From NCBI GenBank assembly GCA_963793425.1, contig CAWCAG010000009.1:288001-352000 (forward strand): a stretch of DNA of 64,000 nt, given 5' to 3'. A program made the position numbers and the translations under genes. The stretch comes from an uncultured cyanobacterium. GTDB taxonomy: Bacteria; Cyanobacteriota; Cyanobacteriia; Cyanobacteriales; CAWCAG01. Below, piece after piece: positions 9,827-21,600 of this stretch. Under the pieces are notes generated by a model, which did no database searches, was not told where the DNA came from, and saw only the letters and a list, made by a program, of their open reading frames with translations. The stretch's first letter is position 1; every line of letters begins with the position of its first letter.

Positions 9827-12412
9827 ATGACCCTTTCTCAAGAGCGGATTGTACCGACAAATCTGAGAAGTGAAATGTCCCGTTCTTACCTAGAATATGC
9901 CATGAGCGTCATTGTAGGTAGGGCCCTTCCAGATGCTAGGGATGGTTTAAAACCCGTACACCGACGCATTCTTTATGCCATGTATGAACTGGGCTTAACC
10001 CCAGAACGCCCTTTCCGTAAATGCGCCCGTGTAGTGGGGGAAGTTTTAGGTAAGTACCATCCCCACGGCGATACCGCAGTTTATGATGCTTTAGTTCGCA
10101 TGGCTCAGGATTTTTCCATGCGTTCCCCTTTGATAGCTGGTCATGGTAACTTTGGCTCCGTAGATAATGACCCCCCAGCGGCAATGCGTTATACAGAATG
10201 TCGATTGCATTCTTTAACCACCAACGCTTTACTACGAGATATTGAATCGGAAACTGTCGATTTTGCTGACAACTTTGATGGCTCTCAACAAGAACCAGTT
10301 GTCCTCCCGGCCAGAATTCCTCAACTCCTACTTAATGGGTCTTCGGGTATCGCCGTGGGCATGGCTACTAATATTCCCCCCCACAACTTAGGGGAATTAA
10401 TTGATGGGGTTGTGGCCTTAATTCATAACCCGGAAATGAGCGACCTCGACTTGATGCAATATGTTCAGGGTCCTGATTTTCCTACTGGAGGGCAAATTCT
10501 GGGGCGGGAAGGCATTAAGGATACCTTCACTACCGGGCGAGGCTCCATCACCATGCGAGGGGTAGCAGATGTTGAAATAATCGAACAAAAGGGCCGTCCA
10601 GACCGAGATGCCATCATTATTACCCAACTGCCCTACCAAACCAACAAAGCGGCCCTGATCGAAAGAATCGCTGAGATGGTTAATGATAAGCGTTTAGATG
10701 GCATCTCCGATATTCGCGACGAAAGCGATCGCGATGGCATGAGAGTCGTTATTGAACTGAAACGGGATGCCCATCCTAGAGTTACCCTCAACAATTTGTA
10801 TAAGCAAACGCCCGTACAAATGAACTTCGGGGCTAATATGTTAGCCCTAGTAGATGGCGAACCCCAACTTCTATCTCTCAAGAAATTCCTTAGCGTCTTT
10901 ATTGAGTTCCGCGTTGAAGCAATCACCAGACGAACCCAGTACGAACTGCGGAAAGCAGAAGAAAGAGATCACCTCTTACAGGGGTTATTAATCGCTTTAG
11001 ATAACTTAGATGCAGTTATTGCCATCATTCGCGGTGCAGCAGATACAGCCATGGCAAAAGCGGAATTAGCAGAACGTTTTGGACTATCACAAGTGCAAGC
11101 TGATGCTATCTTACAAATGCAACTAAGGCGGTTGACAGCCCTAGAAACAGATAAAATTCAAGCAGAACATCAAGAATTACAAGTCCGCATCGCCGATTTA
11201 CAAGATATTCTGGCTAAGCAAGAGCGTATTGAAGGGATTATTGAAGAAGAAGTTACTCAAATTAAAGAAACCCATGCTACCCCGCGCCAAACCACAATTT
11301 TACAAGGGGAAGGGGAACTTTTAGACATCGACTTAATTGCCAACGAACAGGCAATTATCCTCTTAACAGAACAGGGTTATATCAAGCGAATGCCTGTAGA
11401 CACCTTTGGGCAACAAAGCCGGGCTACTCGTGGTAAAGCAGCCGCCAAAATTAAAGAAAATGATGTTGTAGAACATTTCTTAAGTTGTTGTGACCACAAC
11501 ACGATCCTTTTCTTTAGCGATCGCGGTGTAGTTTATAGTTTACCCGCTTACCAAATTCCTACGGCCTCCCGTACCGCTAGGGGAATTCCCATCGTCCAAA
11601 TGCTACCCATCTCTAGGGAAGAGAAAATTACCTCTATCGTCCCCATTACTGAATTCACTGAAGATGAATATTTAGTAATGCTGACCCAAAACGGTTACAT
11701 CAAAAAAACTGCCCTAGCCGCCTTCGGTAAAATTCGTGCCAATGGCTTAATCGCCATCTCCCTAGAAGAAGGAGATCAACTACGTTGGGTACGTTTAGCC
11801 ACCGAAGAAGACAGCATCATTATTGGTTCCCGCCAGGGCATGGCTATCCACTTCCGCGCCAATCACCAACAACTCCGTCCCTTGGGGCGTTCCACCCGTG
11901 GAGTAAGGGGGATGAAACTGCGCTCAGGAGACACCCTAATTAGCATGGATGTACTTTCTGCCCAAGTAACCGCAGGCATCAGTACCGTAGGGGAAGAAGA
12001 AGAAGAGAACCTGGAAGAAAATAATACTGAAGGTGCAGTAGTCGAACCAGGAAGCGGCCCTTGGATACTTGCCATCACCAGAGGCGGCTACGGTAAAAGA
12101 GTACCTGTGGAGCAATTCCGGCTACAAAACCGGGCCGGCATGGGCTTAAAAGCGATGAAATTCCGCATCTCTGACGATGAATTAGTCGCAACCCACGTGG
12201 TTCATCCCGAAGATGAATTAATGTTAGTAACTAACCGGGGCATTATTATCCGCCAAGCCACAGACTCCATCTCGACCCAATCCCGTATGGCTACAGGAGT
12301 TAGGGTACAAAGACTAGACAGTGATGATGCGATCGCCGCAGTTGCTTTAGTTCCCCCTTTGGAGGAGGAAGAGGAAGAGGGTGAAGATGAGGAGTTGGTT
12401 GATGAGAGCTAG
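9827..12412 (+). CDS. gyrA: DNA gyrase subunit A
   Basis: [29 protein letters not shown] catalytic Tyr, beta-pinwheel C-terminal repeats, GyrA-box-like QSRATRG, acidic tail. Confidence 0.95.
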   Translation: MTLSQERIVPTNLRSEMSRSYLEYAMSVIVGRALPDARDGLKPVHRRILYAMYELGLTPERPFRKCARVVGEVLGKYHPHGDTAVYDALVRMAQDFSMRSPLIAGHGNFGSVDNDPPAAMRYTECRLHSLTTNALLRDIESETVDFADNFDGSQQEPVVLPARIPQLLLNGSSGIAVGMATNIPPHNLGELIDGVVALIHNPEMSDLDLMQYVQGPDFPTGGQILGREGIKDTFTTGRGSITMRGVADVEIIEQKGRPDRDAIIITQLPYQTNKAALIERIAEMVNDKRLDGISDIRDESDRDGMRVVIELKRDAHPRVTLNNLYKQTPVQMNFGANMLALVDGEPQLLSLKKFLSVFIEFRVEAITRRTQYELRKAEERDHLLQGLLIALDNLDAVIAIIRGAADTAMAKAELAERFGLSQVQADAILQMQLRRLTALETDKIQAEHQELQVRIADLQDILAKQERIEGIIEEEVTQIKETHATPRQTTILQGEGELLDIDLIANEQAIILLTEQGYIKRMPVDTFGQQSRATRGKAAAKIKENDVVEHFLSCCDHNTILFFSDRGVVYSLPAYQIPTASRTARGIPIVQMLPISREEKITSIVPITEFTEDEYLVMLTQNGYIKKTALAAFGKIRANGLIAISLEEGDQLRWVRLATEEDSIIIGSRQGMAIHFRANHQQLRPLGRSTRGVRGMKLRSGDTLISMDVLSAQVTAGISTVGEEEEENLEENNTEGAVVEPGSGPWILAITRGGYGKRVPVEQFRLQNRAGMGLKAMKFRISDDELVATHVVHPEDELMLVTNRGIIIRQATDSISTQSRMATGVRVQRLDSDDAIAAVALVPPLEEEEEEGEDEELVDES

Positions 12413-12455
12413 GGAGCTAGGGAGCTGGGGAGCTGGGGAAATGGGGAGCTAGGGA
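12404..12455. repeat. Short tandem repeats (gggagct[a/g]) after gyrA
   Basis: agagctagggagctagggagctggggagctgggg; similar units near 23630 and 25600. Confidence 0.7.
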
Positions 12456-12540
12456 GAAAAATCTTTATTTACCTATCTACGTGTTTTTCCATTCTTCCAT
12501 TCTTCCATTAGCAACTAGCCACTAGCAATTAGCTATATTT

Positions 12541-13227
12541 ATGAATACTACAACCTTCAAAAACCCCCCTCCTTTAGAAAACGGCGATCGCTTGACTCGC
12601 TTGGAATTTGAACGTCGTTACCAAAGGATGGGGAAAGTTAAAAAAGCAGAACTAATTGAAGGCATTGTGTATATGGCATCCCCAGTAAGAATTACTGTTC
12701 ACGGCAGACCTCACGCTATGATTATGGCACTGCTGGGTACTTACTGGGCAGCAACTCCTGGGGTAGATTTAGGAGATAATCCTACCGTACGCTTAGATGC
12801 TGATAATGAACCTCAACCAGATGCTTTGTTACGCAGGGAGGAAGCTAAAGGAGGTAATTCAAGTATTGATGAAGATGGTTATGTGGTTGGTGGGCCGGAA
12901 TTAATTGTTGAGATTGCTGCTAGTAGTTCCTCTTATGACTTAGGAGATAAGCTACAAGCTTATCGTCGTAATGGGGTACAAGAATATTTAGTCTGGCAAG
13001 TTTACGACCGTCGTTTAGATTGGTTTAAGTTACAACAAGGAAGATACATTTCCTTGGAAGCAGATGAAGTAGGAATTGTCCGTAGCGAAATTTTTCCAGG
13101 TTTGTGGTTAGCAATACCAGCTTTAATAGAGGGGAATTTAGCTCAAGCATTAAAGGTATTGCAAGAGGGTATTAATTCACCACAACATAGTACCTTTAAG
13201 GAAGAATTGAACCAGAAAACCCTGTAA
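12541..13227 (+). CDS. Uma2 family (DUF820) putative endonuclease
   Basis: KAELIEGIVYMASP, EPQPD, PELIVEIA, YRRNGVQEYLVW. Confidence 0.93.
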   Translation: MNTTTFKNPPPLENGDRLTRLEFERRYQRMGKVKKAELIEGIVYMASPVRITVHGRPHAMIMALLGTYWAATPGVDLGDNPTVRLDADNEPQPDALLRREEAKGGNSSIDEDGYVVGGPELIVEIAASSSSYDLGDKLQAYRRNGVQEYLVWQVYDRRLDWFKLQQGRYISLEADEVGIVRSEIFPGLWLAIPALIEGNLAQALKVLQEGINSPQHSTFKEELNQKTL

Positions 13228-13355
13228 GAACACTGATGTTTCCACAGGCTGTCTTAGTTCATCGATCATTTTTCGCGTAGACCATTGCCGTTGAGGCTAC
13301 ATTAAACATGTGAACGTGATCGTAGGTATAGGGGAGCAGTGCTTTTGATGCTCAG

Positions 13356-14643
13356 CTAAATAATAAATCTTTCTCTGAGCATTGCCTTTTCTAAAGCAAT
13401 TTTGAGGGAAAATTTTTCTCCTACTAAACCAGACAACTGAATTTGCAAGCAAGTATCTGTACTTCGAGAGTCTATATCCAAAAGACTATCTCCACACTCA
13501 TTTAATAAACTCAGTTGTAAGTGAGGAGGAAGATAGAGATTATCTCCTGTGGGATAAAGTTGGAGGAAGATAAAAACATACTTTTGCTTTTGTAAAATGA
13601 GACTAACTCTCAAAGTGAAACTATAACCTGCTAAAGGTGAGTAGCTTTCTCTTCTCACTCCCAAGGCAGGATGTTCTCGATTAATCTTCGTAACTCTTCT
13701 ACCCCTTGCCAAAGCTTCTCTTCATCTTCGGTTGTTGAGAGCAGGTTAACTAAATCCGTAATAGTTTGAAGCGAATCGCTGGTTGTAGAACTATTCCTAA
13801 AATTGAATCTAGGTGTTAAGAGTTGGGGGCGACAATCTCCTCCACTGCTTGCCATTCTGAACTATAAATACGCTGCCACCATTGACTAAGATTGACAATA
13901 GTTGAAGAGCTGTTGTCTGACAAACTTTGACCAGGGGCATATTCAACTAGAAAATTAGCTCCAGAAATATTATCTTCTAAAGACAAAGCTTCCTCAAACA
14001 GAATCTCTGTCATTTTCATGGTTTTTGAGTAAGTTCGATAAGCTGCCACTGGTAACTCTAAAACTGTTGCCCATTCAGACTCTTGTTTATGGAAAGCAGC
14101 AATTTTCTCTGCTTGGGCTGAAGCTGTCCCCACTTTAATCCCCAAAGATTGAATCTCTTCTGTGCCAGGACATTTTTCGATTAAATCGTAGTAAAAATCT
14201 CCGACATCAAGCAAAAGATCATAAACCTGCCGTGACAAACGCCATCCTGCATAACAAGATAAATTGCAAGTTAGCATAGACACAACCTGCCAAGTTTCCG
14301 CTAGTAAAGGTGGCATAGCAGAAGCAGGAGGCGGAATCATGAGATCAACTTCGCTGAGATATTCTGTCTGTACAGAAAGCAACATCACATCTACCAATTG
14401 CCAAACATCCTCTGCCAATTGAGATGGTTCTGGTTCTCGGACAACCATTACATAACGAGGAGAGGAATTACCTGCCAAAAACTGCCGCACTGCCTCTGGA
14501 TAAAGACTATCTTCTTCCTCCCAATCTAAAATCAAAGGACTCCATACTTGCCGACTAACCTCCCAAATTTCCCCAGGTTTAATCTGATTGGGGGAAATTC
14601 GAGGTAATTCTGAAGTAATCGATTCGCTCAAATTAATTTTCAT
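13356..14643 (-). pseudogene. DUF1822-family protein, split by two frameshifts (pseudogene or sequencing error)
   Basis: Three consecutive overlapping ORFs (13816-14643, 13655-13855, 13356-13712) join into one protein with VNLSQWWQ..WQAVEE, HPALGVRR and LQLYPTG..YLPPHLQL..QIQLSG..GEKFSLKI motifs. Confidence 0.7.
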
Positions 14644-14652
14644 TCTTTATAC

Positions 14653-15348
14653 TCAATAACTATTGGAACGCTTACGTTGCTTCAGCTTACCTTGACGCAT
14701 GGCGTGCAATTCTTGTTTAACTTGTTCCAAATTAACCAGCCCTAACTCCGTAGCAATCAGCTTCAATAATTCCTTTCTACGCTTGGAGATTTCTCCTTGC
14801 TTAACCTGTAACTCTTCGGCAATTTCTCCCTGTTTTCTCTCTTGATACAATGCTTGCCACAGTTGCAGAAATTTCTTCTTGGGCTGTTGGTAATCAATCT
14901 TTTTGACTGCTTGAATTACTTGGGCTACAGTATCAGCAAATTCGACAGCATCTGCTAAGTTAAACTCATCAGCTAAGCTATCCTTTAGTTTGATATTCGT
15001 TCCTGGAAGTGGTTGATCGAGACTTCGCCTTAACCACTTACTTTTCCGGTTTGCTTGGCGCAGTAGGTCTACAATCGTGTTCTCTACAACCTTATTTAAC
15101 CAACTGTAAAATTCCTCTCCACCTCTGCGAAAGCGGCGATCGCCCATCACTTGAGGATGTGAATATGAACTTCTTGAACCGTATCTTCCCAAGGCAACCC
15201 AGTCGAAAGCGTTTTTTGGTGGGTGATAATCTCAACTCGACGACGATAATGTGGGTGCTTTACTACCTGCTTACAAATCTCTACATCCTCTCGCAAATAA
15301 CAGTTCTAACAGTTCTTCAAGGGGACGATCTGGTAAGTCAGACGGCAT
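14653..15348 (-). pseudogene. Sigma-70 ECF-like sigma factor, two frameshifts in the 5' part
   Basis: Manual translation from ATG 15348: MPSDLPDRPLEELL../..WEDTVQEVHIHI/..FYSWLNKVVENTIVDLLR (region 2) ... QGEIAEELQVKQGEISKR (region 4 HTH). Confidence 0.72.
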
Positions 15349-15615
15349 ATTATCAGCAGGGAATAGGTTTTAGGCAACAGGGAATAGGGTTCTATTACAT
15401 TCTGATTTTTATTGCCCCTTCATCTCCTCGTCCCATCGTGCATCATGACTTCATCGGTCGCAAACATTCAAGGATATTTTGTTCGGTAAGGTTACTACAG
15501 CTAGAAAGAAACTTTTTTTCGGGATTTTTGGAATATTCTTTTTAAGCTTGGCGTTAAAGGTATTGAGGCGATCGCACCGATCGCCGCAAATTAACCTTAG
15601 CCAGCTTAATTAACC

Positions 15616-15822
15616 ATGGTAGAACTACCCGCACTGATTGTTTTCACAACCGTTGCTGCACTTTTCATTAAAGATGTGTTTCCCCCTGATAAGAAGAAGA
15701 ATGATGATGAAGATACAGGTAAGGCTTTCAAGAAGATTATTAACGCCGGGGTTAAATCCGCTATGGAAGCAACCAAAGATGCCCCGTTTACTGTCGTGAT
15801 TAAAACTGAGGGTAAAAATTAG
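15616..15822 (+). CDS. Small protein with N-terminal transmembrane helix, divergent from the sigma gene
   Basis: 68-aa ORF with a hydrophobic N-terminus and charged remainder. Confidence 0.6.
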   Translation: MVELPALIVFTTVAALFIKDVFPPDKKKNDDEDTGKAFKKIINAGVKSAMEATKDAPFTVVIKTEGKN

Positions 15823-16088
15823 TCGTTCATAAAATAAGGGGGTAAAAGCTTGCTGATTCAATTTTTTACCCTCTTTTACCTGGTTTTGATATAGAGAAGA
15901 TAGGTTAAGTTATTTTAAAGCTCTAGACTGATTTTCCCTTGACAAGCTAAAATTATTTTAGATAATGGGAATATGAGCAATTTTTTAAACGAAAGTATAT
16001 ATTTCCCATTATTAAATATACCACCAAAGAAAAACAGAGTCAATAGAAACACTGATTAGCAAAAAAATCTCTTAATATTTAGTGATAT

Positions 16089-16752
16089 TCAAGGACACTC
16101 ATCTTTCATTTCTGTCTGTAACCCTCCCAACAGAGTTGTCACCGTAGTACAGCGCTTGGTATTCAAAATTGGTTGAGTAGGATTACCTGGTTCAGGAATA
16201 GCTGCGACGATAGTAAGATTGCTATCTGGAGTTGTTGTTGGGTCGAGATTTCCTTGATAATCAAAAGTGATTGTTTTTGGAGTAGTTAAAATACAACTCG
16301 CCGCCCCAGCATTTTTGTTAACAGCACCAATATTAGAGCAAAGTATCACTTGTCCTTCTCTGATGTCGGCACTTTCCCCTAATGTTTTCCAAGCGGAAGC
16401 AGATAAAGTTGTAGGATCACAGGAGTTCCATTGTTAGAAGTTGGATACTTAACAAATTGAGGTTTTCCTCCAGTTACAAGACGAAAACTAACGCTGTAGT
16501 TGACTTTGGTTTTTTTCGCATCTCGCTGGGCATCTTGTAATGCTATAAAAGTAGCCTCGTTAACTTTATTAACTCGCTGACGATTAATAAAAGCTAGCCA
16601 ACTAGGAGCAGCGATCGCAGATAAAGCTCCAATGATAATTATTACTACTAATAATTCAATGAGAGTAAAACCTCGATTTTTTGAGGGGCTTCACTCTGAG
16701 AGTTTAATAAAACTTTTACAGATAGTGGGATTAAACACTTTTCTCTTCCCAA
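16089..16752 (-). pseudogene. Prepilin-type (pseudopilin, HpsD-like) protein, frameshifted
   Basis: Manual translation RGFTLIELLVVIIIIGALSAIAAPSWLAFINRQR; frameshifts near 16680 and 16422; C-terminus is ORF 16089-16349; start uncertain. Confidence 0.75.
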
Positions 16753-16779
16753 GTTTAATATAGGTGAATTGTTGTTTTT

Positions 16780-17858
16780 CTACCGAGAACCTTTACCCAA
16801 TTGTCCTGTACCCTGTACCTGAATTGCAGCTCTGGGGAATAAGTTTTCCGATTTCTTGTTGTATTCCTTGTCATTGAAACTAACCTTTGCTTTGGCATTA
16901 CCACGAAGATAAACCTTAGCTATTCTTCCTTCTGGTTTTCCTTGGGGGGCGTAAACGCAGGTATAGAAGCTATAGGTTTGGAAATCTGCTCCTACAGCTC
17001 CAACTCCGGTGTAAGGGGGAACTTGTTGCCACTCTATGTTAGTAGGATCTGGGTTAGCAGGACAGTCTTCTTTCGGGATATTAGGATTGACGCTTACGTC
17101 GGTTGGTCAATATAATCTAGCAACACATCAGTTTTAACTTGTCCAGTAACAGCATCAACTTCATAAGAGACGCTAGTTTTTTCCCAGTTATTCATCTTAT
17201 CTTCTAAGGTATCTCCCGGAAGATCGCTAAGTACAAACTGAAAACCAGGATCAGGTTGTAGGTTTGGAATATACTGTATATCGCCACTGCCATCGGGTTC
17301 TATACTCGCTACACCATCTTTAAGCTCAAACCTTTCTATCCGAGCAGTATCAGACCAGCTATTATTAGGGTCAGTGTCTAAAACCAGGTAATAAGCTACC
17401 AAGGAATAACGAAAAGCATCATTACAATCAGCTGCTCCTACGGCGCACTGATTCTTGAGATCCTTAGAAACTGCATCATTAACAAAATCCCGTTTCCAAA
17501 AGACTAAAACCGGCTCCCCATTAGGGACGGTGGGTAATTGGGCTTTGATACCATCAGCACCAGTACCATAGAGTCCTTGAGCATCGTAAATAAAGACAGA
17601 TTGTTGCAAATCTCTAGTAATAAAATCTGCGGCAGCTTGAATATCTTGTTCTGTATTTGTTTTAGCTTGTTCACGACGATCGGTTTGCAGGATATTGAGC
17701 ATGAAACCCAACACAGGAGTAATTACCAAGACAGCAATAATCATCCCTACCAGCAATTCAATTAAGGTAAAACCTGCGGTTTTCTTTTTAGAAGGCGATA
17801 GATTCGCTGCCCCCAGAGGCGATCGCCGCTTTAACAATAAAAATTTTAGTAATTGCAT
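16780..17858 (-). pseudogene. hpsC: Hormogonium polysaccharide secretion pseudopilin HpsC-like, one frameshift near 17104
   Basis: GFTLIELLVGMII prepilin motif, PVLVFWKR, YSLVAYYL; continues in another frame (FYTCV..AKVYLRGNA..FPRAAIQVQG) to TAG at 16780. Confidence 0.75.
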
Positions 17859-17868
17859 ATCTTAGTAC

Positions 17869-18600
17869 TCAGTTACAGCTAAGGGTATTAGTTTTATCAG
17901 TAAGTTCGCACAAGTCAGAAAAGTTAGTATCTTCGTCTACTACTTCTGTAGTCATTTCTACCAAAGGAGCAACATCATCTTTTAATCCTGTCCCCCCAGT
18001 ATTAGCGGCGGCTACCTTTGTCCCTTGTTGAGCAGTTTTCAAAGTTTTACCAGCTACAAAAGCATCTGAGCGATAAACTCGCAGACCCATCAAATAGCCA
18101 TCATCAGAATTAGGTGGTAGCAGAGCAGGATTAGGAGGTTGATAACCAAAGACTTGGACTAACATATCTTTGAAGTTATCGCTAGTACATTGGTTATCTC
18201 CTGTACCATCGACACAGTATAGATAGTAGTCAGTAGAATTGGGGTTGCAATACCCCATATCCCTAGGGTCATTAACGGTGTCTGGAGTTCGAGTAATATT
18301 ATCTTGGGTAGTATCACAGTTCAAGGTGACACTATTGGGAGCGCCTGTTTGATCTGTGGCGGTGGTGGTGACAGGGGGAGGGAGAATTGAGCCGGAGCGA
18401 ACTCCATCTACATAGGATTTCGCTGCCCCCGCAGCTAATTCTACTCGTCTGGCTTGCACTCGGTTAGCTACAGATATAGCCATGACTGGGGCAATGCCGA
18501 TCATTAAAATGCTGACGACAATGATAGCCATCAAGGATTCAATGATCGTGAAGCCGCCTTGGTTGTTTGGTTGTTTCTGGACTTGTTTTAGCTTGAACAT
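17869..18600 (-). CDS. hpsB: Hormogonium polysaccharide secretion pseudopilin HpsB-like
   Basis: GFTIIESLMAIIVV prepilin motif, SVANRVQARRVELA, GLRVYRSDAF, PLVEMTTE; directly follows hpsA. Confidence 0.8.
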   Translation of the reverse strand: MFKLKQVQKQPNNQGGFTIIESLMAIIVVSILMIGIAPVMAISVANRVQARRVELAAGAAKSYVDGVRSGSILPPPVTTTATDQTGAPNSVTLNCDTTQDNITRTPDTVNDPRDMGYCNPNSTDYYLYCVDGTGDNQCTSDNFKDMLVQVFGYQPPNPALLPPNSDDGYLMGLRVYRSDAFVAGKTLKTAQQGTKVAAANTGGTGLKDDVAPLVEMTTEVVDEDTNFSDLCELTDKTNTLSCN

Positions 18601-18641
18601 AGCTGGGCTTTGATTGGGGTTTGTGATGAAGGACTCTGTTT

Positions 18642-21600
18642 CTAGTTTGGGCAATTACCAGGGCGTTGGTTATTACTAACCGCGTCACCTAATACTGTAA
18701 CGTTGGCGATATCAGGAGTCGTAGTATTGATATCAACTGCCTTAGAACATAATAACCTGTCTACCCATTGGTCATTGCGGCTTACTTCTCGGAAGAACTC
18801 ATTAGGATCATCATTGAAGGAAGTGGCGAATTGCCTAGAGAAAAGGTCTGGTTGTTGAGAGAGAAGTCCGACATCAAAACCCCAGTTTCTGGCTGGCGGA
18901 GCGAAGAAGGAACTTTTACCACCTTCGTCATCAGGTTCGTTACTAACACCAGTTTTGTAACGTTGAACATGACCAAAAGGACCGCCAACATCACTGAGTG
19001 CTAGAGGTGGCAAGAGATGCCACCAAGGAGCAGTGGCATATTCACTACGTTTTAGTTGAATGAAAGAACCGCTAATGTTGGTGTCAAGCCTTCTCTCCAG
19101 TTTTCAATAAAGTGGGTTAAGTTAGCTAATCCACCATTAAGAGATGCTTTGACACCAGTACTTGCGGGACGTGAAGGGTTGTCTCCCGTTGCCATAACCA
19201 TGTTGGTGGTTACACTGCCAGTTGCCTTGGTTACCCACTGAGTCTCTTGTTCAGCCATATCTGAATTTATCAAAAGGCTTTCAAAGGTTCTACTATTATT
19301 TCGATCAACTGTCGTAATCTGAATTTGAGGTATGGGAATTAAGATTGGCTGATCAGTTCCTGATACTGCATTAAGGTAATCTAGATGTTTATCTTGACCG
19401 TATTTAGCTTGAGCAGGATCAGGAGGGTTGCTAGCTGTATCGTTGGTTGTTCGATACCACAAAACATTATTGCTCGGTGAGGATGGGCCTAACTAGTGTA
19501 AGGAAATTCGTGAATATTACCAGTACCAGTACCCAAAATCCCCAGAGGTATTGGTTGTCCACCATTAATTCTAAATTATTAGTAGTATCACGCTTGAAAG
19601 CAACTCTACGGGGAAAGTGCAAATAGTTAAGATTAGTAGGCAATTGAGCAGTTGTACCAGACCCAAGATTGGTATTACCCGCAGGTTGTCCAATAGCCTC
19701 GCTGGCTTTATTATCTGGTGCTGCCTTTGGATTAACTATCCAATCATCAGTATTACATTCAGAAACTGGCAACTTCGGCAAACTTCCATCGCATACTCAT
19801 TAAAATTATTTGCCCGCCTTTGGATTGGGGTAACGAAGTTGTTGAAGTAAGAACTGTTTATGGCGTTTGGATCTCGCAGTAGCTGTAGCTGTATAAGTAG
19901 TATCAGTAGGAGTGATTGCTGCTGACGGAAAACCGCTTCTAATTGAGTTGGCAGGAAAGTTAAAGTTAATGTTGTCACCACTACTTAAACCATTAACCAC
20001 AAAGTCATTGGTCAAGAAACCATTCTCCCGCCTTTTTCTAGCTACTTCTGCTGCTGAATCAACTTCGTTGGTAGCATCATCATCTGGGTCGATAATACTA
20101 TCAATGCGATTATTCCGTAAATCGTAATCTCCTTCATTGCGGAATCCGAAGCGGAAACCATCAGAGAGTAGGGTCATAGCATCGGTAATAACCGTCGCCG
20201 CACGCCACCTATCTCCATCAGGACAAGCCGTGACAGGAAGTCGGGGGTCGCCAGGACGACAAGCAAAGTTAGGGTCGAAATCATCACGACTATAAAAGTT
20301 GCCCCAAGTGGCATTCAAAGCATCTGCTGCCAGGAATTCTTGGTAGTCGTGCAAATTGAAGTCCCCTTTCACATACACAGGCAAGTTAGAAGCGAGGATG
20401 AAACCTTTTTCAGCCGCATCATAATTGCGATCACGGTGTAAATGCTCTCCATTAATGAGAACAATACCATTAGGACGACGGGTAGGATCTAAGCTAAAGT
20501 CAGAAGCACTAACCTTAACGCTGGCATTGGTTTTATCCGGTAAGGCATCATCACGACTTGCATAGATAATACCGCTATTGGGAATTAACGCTTCACCACT
20601 AAAGTTCGTGGTACGCAAGTTTTCTAAATCAATTACCGTAGCCCGAACTTCTATGGGTTGACGATCTTCTATCGGTAAGTCATAATTCCCTGTTGTCGTG
20701 CTAACTTGGGTGGCGACATCAAAGGCAGTTGGGTCATAACCTGCATCAATTGATTTAATTTGTCTGGGATTGAGGAAAGCAACTTCTTGGATTGTACCGT
20801 GAGGAATGAGGGCATTGTTTGGGGTTATAGAACCATCCAGAATCCTTAAGGCACAGGAAGTAGAGTCAACCGCAGCTTGTTCTGCTGGGGTCAAGTTTGC
20901 ATATCCTTTGCTGCTAGCTTCTTGAAGCAAAGGATTCACTGGCCGCCCATTAGGGTAAACCAAACTCGCTTGATCATCTAAGTCACCAGGAGCTGCTTGG
21001 GCTGCGGGGCCATAGGTAATACCATTATTGGAATTGGCTATAGCAGCATCTCTTGCTGGAGGAGTAATCGTACTATCGTAGCCCGCCCCCAACAAGCCAC
21101 TGACATCATCTAAAGCTTGACCTTGGTAAGTTAGCTTATTCCTGGCTGTGTTGATATTAGTAGGGTCATAGAAACTGCTTACGCAAGCTATGGGAGTATT
21201 ATCGTTCAAGTAGTGATAAACTACCGAAGCTCGCATTTGTAAGTATGGGCGAGTTGCTGTTCCCGATTGAATATTTTCGCTTGTAGTAGGATTCCCACCT
21301 CCATCATATTCTTGGTAAAAGACATTATTATTATTAGGATGGCTAGTCGCTAAAGTCTGAGGGACAGGAGGTTGAGGCATGGTATCGGGCCAAACCACGT
21401 TAGAAACCTCCAGCAGTTCCATCCCAGGTAAATAAACCCCTGCACCTGTAACAACTCGCAAGCCACCTATACCATCTTCTGGTTTCTGGAAATGTTCAGC
21501 CGCAGCCTGTTCCCAGAAACCGCCCCTTTCTGTCGCATCTAATTCTTTAACCAATTCAGAACGAGTTTGGCGATAACGTTGCCCACTATCATCCCAGGTA

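Noticed and set aside
13280..13325. DHVHMF on the minus strand resembling the IS200 TnpA HUH motif
   Set aside because: No surrounding TnpA similarity or ORF; likely chance.
15009..15545. 178-aa plus-strand ORF
   Set aside because: Overlaps the frameshifted sigma gene on the opposite strand and has no protein-like features.
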